Of a stretch of DNA of 64,000 bases, positions 60,641 to 64,000 are shown in pieces; the first letter of the stretch is position 1; each line of letters opens with the position of its first letter. Origin of the DNA: Deltaproteobacteria bacterium HGW-Deltaproteobacteria-2 (lineage in GTDB: Bacteria; Desulfobacterota; Syntrophia; Syntrophales; Smithellaceae). The stretch covers positions 517,544 to 581,543 of the forward strand of contig PHBC01000002.1 of NCBI GenBank assembly GCA_002840505.1, written 5' to 3'. The position numbers were made by a program, and so were the translations under genes. The notes below the pieces were generated by a model. That model was not told where the DNA came from. It made no database searches and was given only the letters and a program-made list of their open reading frames with translations.

Positions 60641-61867
60641 TTAGTTGCCCGACGTAATCTCGTAGATTGACAGCTTGTTGTCGCAGGCCGCGGCCAGCCG
60701 CCTGCCGTCCGGACTGACGGCCAGGCTTATGGGACCGGGATTGTTCTTGATCTCCTGAACCATCATTCCCGCTTCTATATCCCACACCGCTAACGTTAAA
60801 TGGGTATGAATCTGGCTCTTGGCGCCGAATAGATATTTCCCATCCCGGCTGAAGGCCAATGACCACACACGGGATTGCACCGGCAGTTCCTTAACCAATT
60901 TTCCGGTATCCACATTCCAAATGCGCACAGGATCATTGTTCCCTTGTGGGTATAAAATTGTGTCAGTGCTGCCGGTTGTTGTGCCGGTAGCCACCCACTT
61001 GCCGTTGGGGCTGATGGCTAAGGCTGTCGGATTATCAGTATGGATGTTGTCGATGCTGCGCAGGTACTTGCCGGACTTTGCATCCAAGAATAGTATCTTG
61101 GGCCGAAATCTATAACCGGACCCCGAAGCGACCAATTCTCCTTCGCCCAGAATCACGAATTTGCCATCGGGTGTGAATACCAGCGGCGTTGTGAAACGTG
61201 TTATCTCTTTCGGTTCATAGGACCAGGCAATTTGCCAGTTTTCTGTGCGATAGGCAATCACGATTCTCTTCTTACCGCCATGAACAACGACCAGCATCTT
61301 GCCATCCGGGCTAAAGCGCAGGGAGACAATGTCTACTTCTTGAGGTATGCCGGGCGTTATATGCGGAGCAATTAAAGTCGCCTGCGTGGTTCCATCAGCG
61401 ATTTTCCAGACATTGATAATTTTGAGGCCTGAGACCAAATATTGACCATCCGAACTGAAGGTTATGTTATCTAAGCCAAGGCCTCTGGCGCCTTGATTCA
61501 ACTGCTTTCGGATAGAAAGAGATGCTGCATCCCATATAACCACATCCGTTGGTAGACCCCCGGCTGTGGCAATTGACTTGCCATCTGGGCTCCAGGCCAC
61601 TGCCGTAATGTTATCGTATGTGTTCTCAGAGATCAGCCGAAGAATGTGATTCTTGGTCATGGCATGCCATCCTTTCATAAAGATGTTTTCGTCATCCGCA
61701 ACGGCATTGGTTGTAATAATTACAATTATTGCAACCAATATTAAAGGCAGTGTTCTACTTTTTTTAATTATTTTAGTTAGGAAAAGTTTTTTGCCATTCA
61801 GGCTAGTTTGATTTATCAAGAATAATTCTTTGACAGATGTCTTCTTACGATCAAAAGGGAAATACAT
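60641..61867 (-). CDS. Exported WD40/beta-propeller repeat protein
   Basis: Repeated …SPDGK…A(T/S)G… blades (WSPDGKSIATAG, FSSDGQYLVSG, FSPDGKMLVVV, ISPNGKWVATG, FSRDGKYLFGA, VSPDGRRLAAA) follow a signal/anchor (LPLILVAIIVIITTNAVA). The ATG at 61867 is preferred over the longer track ORF (to 62002). Confidence 0.7.
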   Translation of the reverse strand: MYFPFDRKKTSVKELFLINQTSLNGKKLFLTKIIKKSRTLPLILVAIIVIITTNAVADDENIFMKGWHAMTKNHILRLISENTYDNITAVAWSPDGKSIATAGGLPTDVVIWDAASLSIRKQLNQGARGLGLDNITFSSDGQYLVSGLKIINVWKIADGTTQATLIAPHITPGIPQEVDIVSLRFSPDGKMLVVVHGGKKRIVIAYRTENWQIAWSYEPKEITRFTTPLVFTPDGKFVILGEGELVASGSGYRFRPKILFLDAKSGKYLRSIDNIHTDNPTALAISPNGKWVATGTTTGSTDTILYPQGNNDPVRIWNVDTGKLVKELPVQSRVWSLAFSRDGKYLFGAKSQIHTHLTLAVWDIEAGMMVQEIKNNPGPISLAVSPDGRRLAAACDNKLSIYEITSGN

Positions 61868-62149
61868 GTTTTTTCTCCACGTTGAATTGTTTTTTATAAA
61901 AGCATTGATATTTTTTAATCTAAAAAACCCGTGAAACTTGTTCTGTGAAAACTTTTTGAAACAATTTTTTGAATTTATAATAGTATTCAATAAACAAATC
62001 AATATTTCATGTCAACTTAAATTCATTGAATATCGTTGTGCAAAATCACTTCTTTTTAACATTGACTTCGGATGTCCATTGCGCTAATAGAATCCACTCT
62101 TTTGCTTTTATAATCTCGTTGGGAATTTACCAGCGATACAGGAGGTCAT

Positions 62150-63217
62150 ATGGGTTCAAAAAAATCTTATAAAATCGCCGTAGTCCCGGGTGACGGAACA
62201 GGGCCGGAAGTTATTGCGGAAGGTCTCAAAGTGCTCAAAGCCGTAGCCGCTTCTCAATCAATCAAGTATGAGCTTGTCCATTATGATCTGGGAGGAGAGC
62301 GCTATAAAAAAACCGGGGAAATCCTTCCTGATTCCGTTTTGGAAGAATTTAAAAAATTCGATGCCATTTATCTGGGAGCTATCGGCCATCCGGATGTAAA
62401 ACCGGGAATTCTGGAAAAAGGAATCCTCCTGCGAATGCGTTTTGAACTTGACCAATACATTAATCTGCGGCCGGTAAAACTCTATCCTAATGTTCCCTGC
62501 CCTCTCAAAGACAAAGGGCCAAAGGAAATTGATTTTGTCGTCGTCAGGGAAAACACGGAAGGGCTGTACACGGGAGGTGGAGGATTTTTAAAAAAAGGCA
62601 CTCCTGATGAAGTGGCTATTCAGGAATCCATTAATACCAGAAAAGGTGTCGAACGCTGCCTGCGTTACGCTTACGAGTACACCGCCAAAAGAAAAAAGGA
62701 CAACAAGCTTACTCTCTGCGGCAAGACGAATGTTCTAACTTACGCTTTCGATCTATGGGAAAGAACATTTAAGGAACTGGCCAAAGAATATCCGAAAATA
62801 AAAACCGATTATGTCAATGTGGATGCAACCTGTATGTGGATGGTGAAAAATCCCGAATGGTTCGATGTTATCGTAACAGACAATATGTTCGGCGACATTA
62901 TAACGGATCTGGGCGCCATGATTCAGGGCGGAATGGGCATAGCGGCAGGAGGAAATATCAACCCCAAGGGAGTTTCTATGTTTGAACCCATTGGCGGTTC
63001 CGCCCCGAAATACACAGGGAAGAATGTTATTAATCCGCTCGCAGCTATCTGTGCCGGAGGCATGATGCTGGAAACTCTGGGAGAAGACAAAGCCGGCAAG
63101 CGTATTGAGGCCGCTGTTATTAAACTCCTGGAAAGCGGAAAACTAAAAAGCCTTGATGCCGGCAGAATGGGAATGTCTACCAGTGAAATAGGAGACTGGC
63201 TGGCAAAGAATATTTAA
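62150..63217 (+). CDS. Isopropylmalate/isocitrate/tartrate dehydrogenase-family enzyme (LeuB-like)
   Basis: [24 protein letters not shown] and [12 protein letters not shown] are present. An RBS AGGAGG lies upstream. No other leu genes are nearby, so substrate specificity is open. Confidence 0.8.
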   Translation: MGSKKSYKIAVVPGDGTGPEVIAEGLKVLKAVAASQSIKYELVHYDLGGERYKKTGEILPDSVLEEFKKFDAIYLGAIGHPDVKPGILEKGILLRMRFELDQYINLRPVKLYPNVPCPLKDKGPKEIDFVVVRENTEGLYTGGGGFLKKGTPDEVAIQESINTRKGVERCLRYAYEYTAKRKKDNKLTLCGKTNVLTYAFDLWERTFKELAKEYPKIKTDYVNVDATCMWMVKNPEWFDVIVTDNMFGDIITDLGAMIQGGMGIAAGGNINPKGVSMFEPIGGSAPKYTGKNVINPLAAICAGGMMLETLGEDKAGKRIEAAVIKLLESGKLKSLDAGRMGMSTSEIGDWLAKNI

Positions 63218-63255
63218 TTCAAATTACGCAATAGACGTTTAAGAAAATCAAAGCT

Positions 63256-63444
63256 GTCATTTCGAGAAGTCCCGACTATAGGGACGACGAGAAATCTTTA
63301 TCGTTTTTGTTTAAAGATTTCTCCCTTCGGTCGAAATGACATTTTTCAATAAATGTATTCTGTAAATTAATTGTCATATCGACAATCAATTTATCAAGAT
63401 TTCTCGCGGAGTATAATCCCGCGTATGCGGGACTCGAAATAACA
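63256..63444. repeat. Cluster of three REP/MITE-like palindromic units
   Basis: Unit A: GTCATTTCGAGAAGTCCCGACTATAGGGACGACGAGAAATCTT (63256-63298). Unit B, inverted: AAGATTTCTCCCTTCGGTCGAAATGAC (63314-63340). Unit C, inverted: AAGATTTCTCGCGGAGTATAATCCCGCGTATGCGGGACTCGAAATAAC (63397-63444). They belong to the same family as 58850-58939. Confidence 0.65.
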
Positions 63445-63471
63445 ATCCTTTAATGAATTTAGATGTAGGAT

Positions 63472-63503
63472 AAAAAAAGCCCCTTCAAAATAATGAAGGG
63501 GCT
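63472..63503 (-). terminator. Intrinsic terminator of the rRNA operon
   Basis: The stem AGCCCCTTCA / TGAAGGGGCT has a 6-nt loop. The A-run at 63472-63478 gives a U-tract on the minus transcript. It lies 13 nt downstream of the 5S rRNA. Confidence 0.7.
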
Positions 63504-63515
63504 TCATGTTTTAAA

Positions 63516-63630
<115 letters not shown>

Positions 63631-63729
63631 AATTCCTTATATAATTGCGTGACAATGCATATCGCACCTACTGCTTAGTTGAAAGCAAAGCGCTATAGTA
63701 AATATGAGACCATATATATAAATAATTAT

Positions 63730-64000
<271 letters not shown>

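Overview
This is a 64-kb chromosomal window from a moderately AT-rich, probably anaerobic, diderm bacterium. No phylum can be assigned from the sequence alone. No transposase, integrase, CRISPR array or recognisable defence genes were seen.

Left third (1-17.9 kb), an adhesion island:
- A large beta-helix surface protein whose gene runs off the left edge.
- A complete archaic (SCPU/Csu-type) chaperone-usher pilus operon: three SCPU subunits (one fused to two Ig-like domains), a PapD-like chaperone and an usher.
- Two unusual predicted c-di-GMP receptor proteins directly upstream of that operon. One is a ribbon-helix-helix::PilZ fusion. The other is a membrane protein with three tandem MshEN-type motif pairs and a periplasmic beta domain.
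- A stand-alone B12-binding radical SAM enzyme.
- A sigma70-like promoter and a GEMM-I (c-di-GMP-I) riboswitch leading a type IV minor-pilin operon (FimT/GspH-, PilV-, PilW-, PilX-like proteins plus a vWA-PilY1 adhesin).

Middle (18-33 kb):
- A minus-strand lipid/beta-oxidation-like cluster: TetR regulator, FadN-type dehydrogenase/hydratase, thiolase, tRNA-Val(CAC), two SDRs and a 997-aa glycyl radical enzyme. The glycyl radical enzyme has an N-terminal SCP2-like extension and no activase in the window.
- A GT-C-fold membrane glycosyltransferase-like gene, a DUF3592-like gene and a monocistronic type IV major pilin.

Right half, mostly housekeeping:
- queD-folE2-nadE, yajD, DUF948/YtxH, mazG, queA-tgt, yajC-secD-secF and lepB.
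- An NRAMP homologue with substituted metal-site residues, paired with a soluble MgtE-N/CBS protein.
- pyrR-pyrB-pyrC behind a promoter plus PyrR-type attenuator, then recO and a U32 peptidase.
- A GntR / GlpD-like / alkyl-DHAP-synthase-like / FGGY-kinase cluster, a WD40 protein and a LeuB-family dehydrogenase.
- The 3' end of an rRNA operon (23S 3' end and 5S) on the minus strand.

Several intergenic regions carry members of a dispersed palindromic (REP/MITE-like) repeat family. These repeats generate spurious ORFs.

Most interesting: three different c-di-GMP sensor types concentrated between two pilus systems; the SCP2-fused orphan glycyl radical enzyme; the NRAMP + soluble MgtE sensor pair; and the GlpD/AGPS-like cluster.
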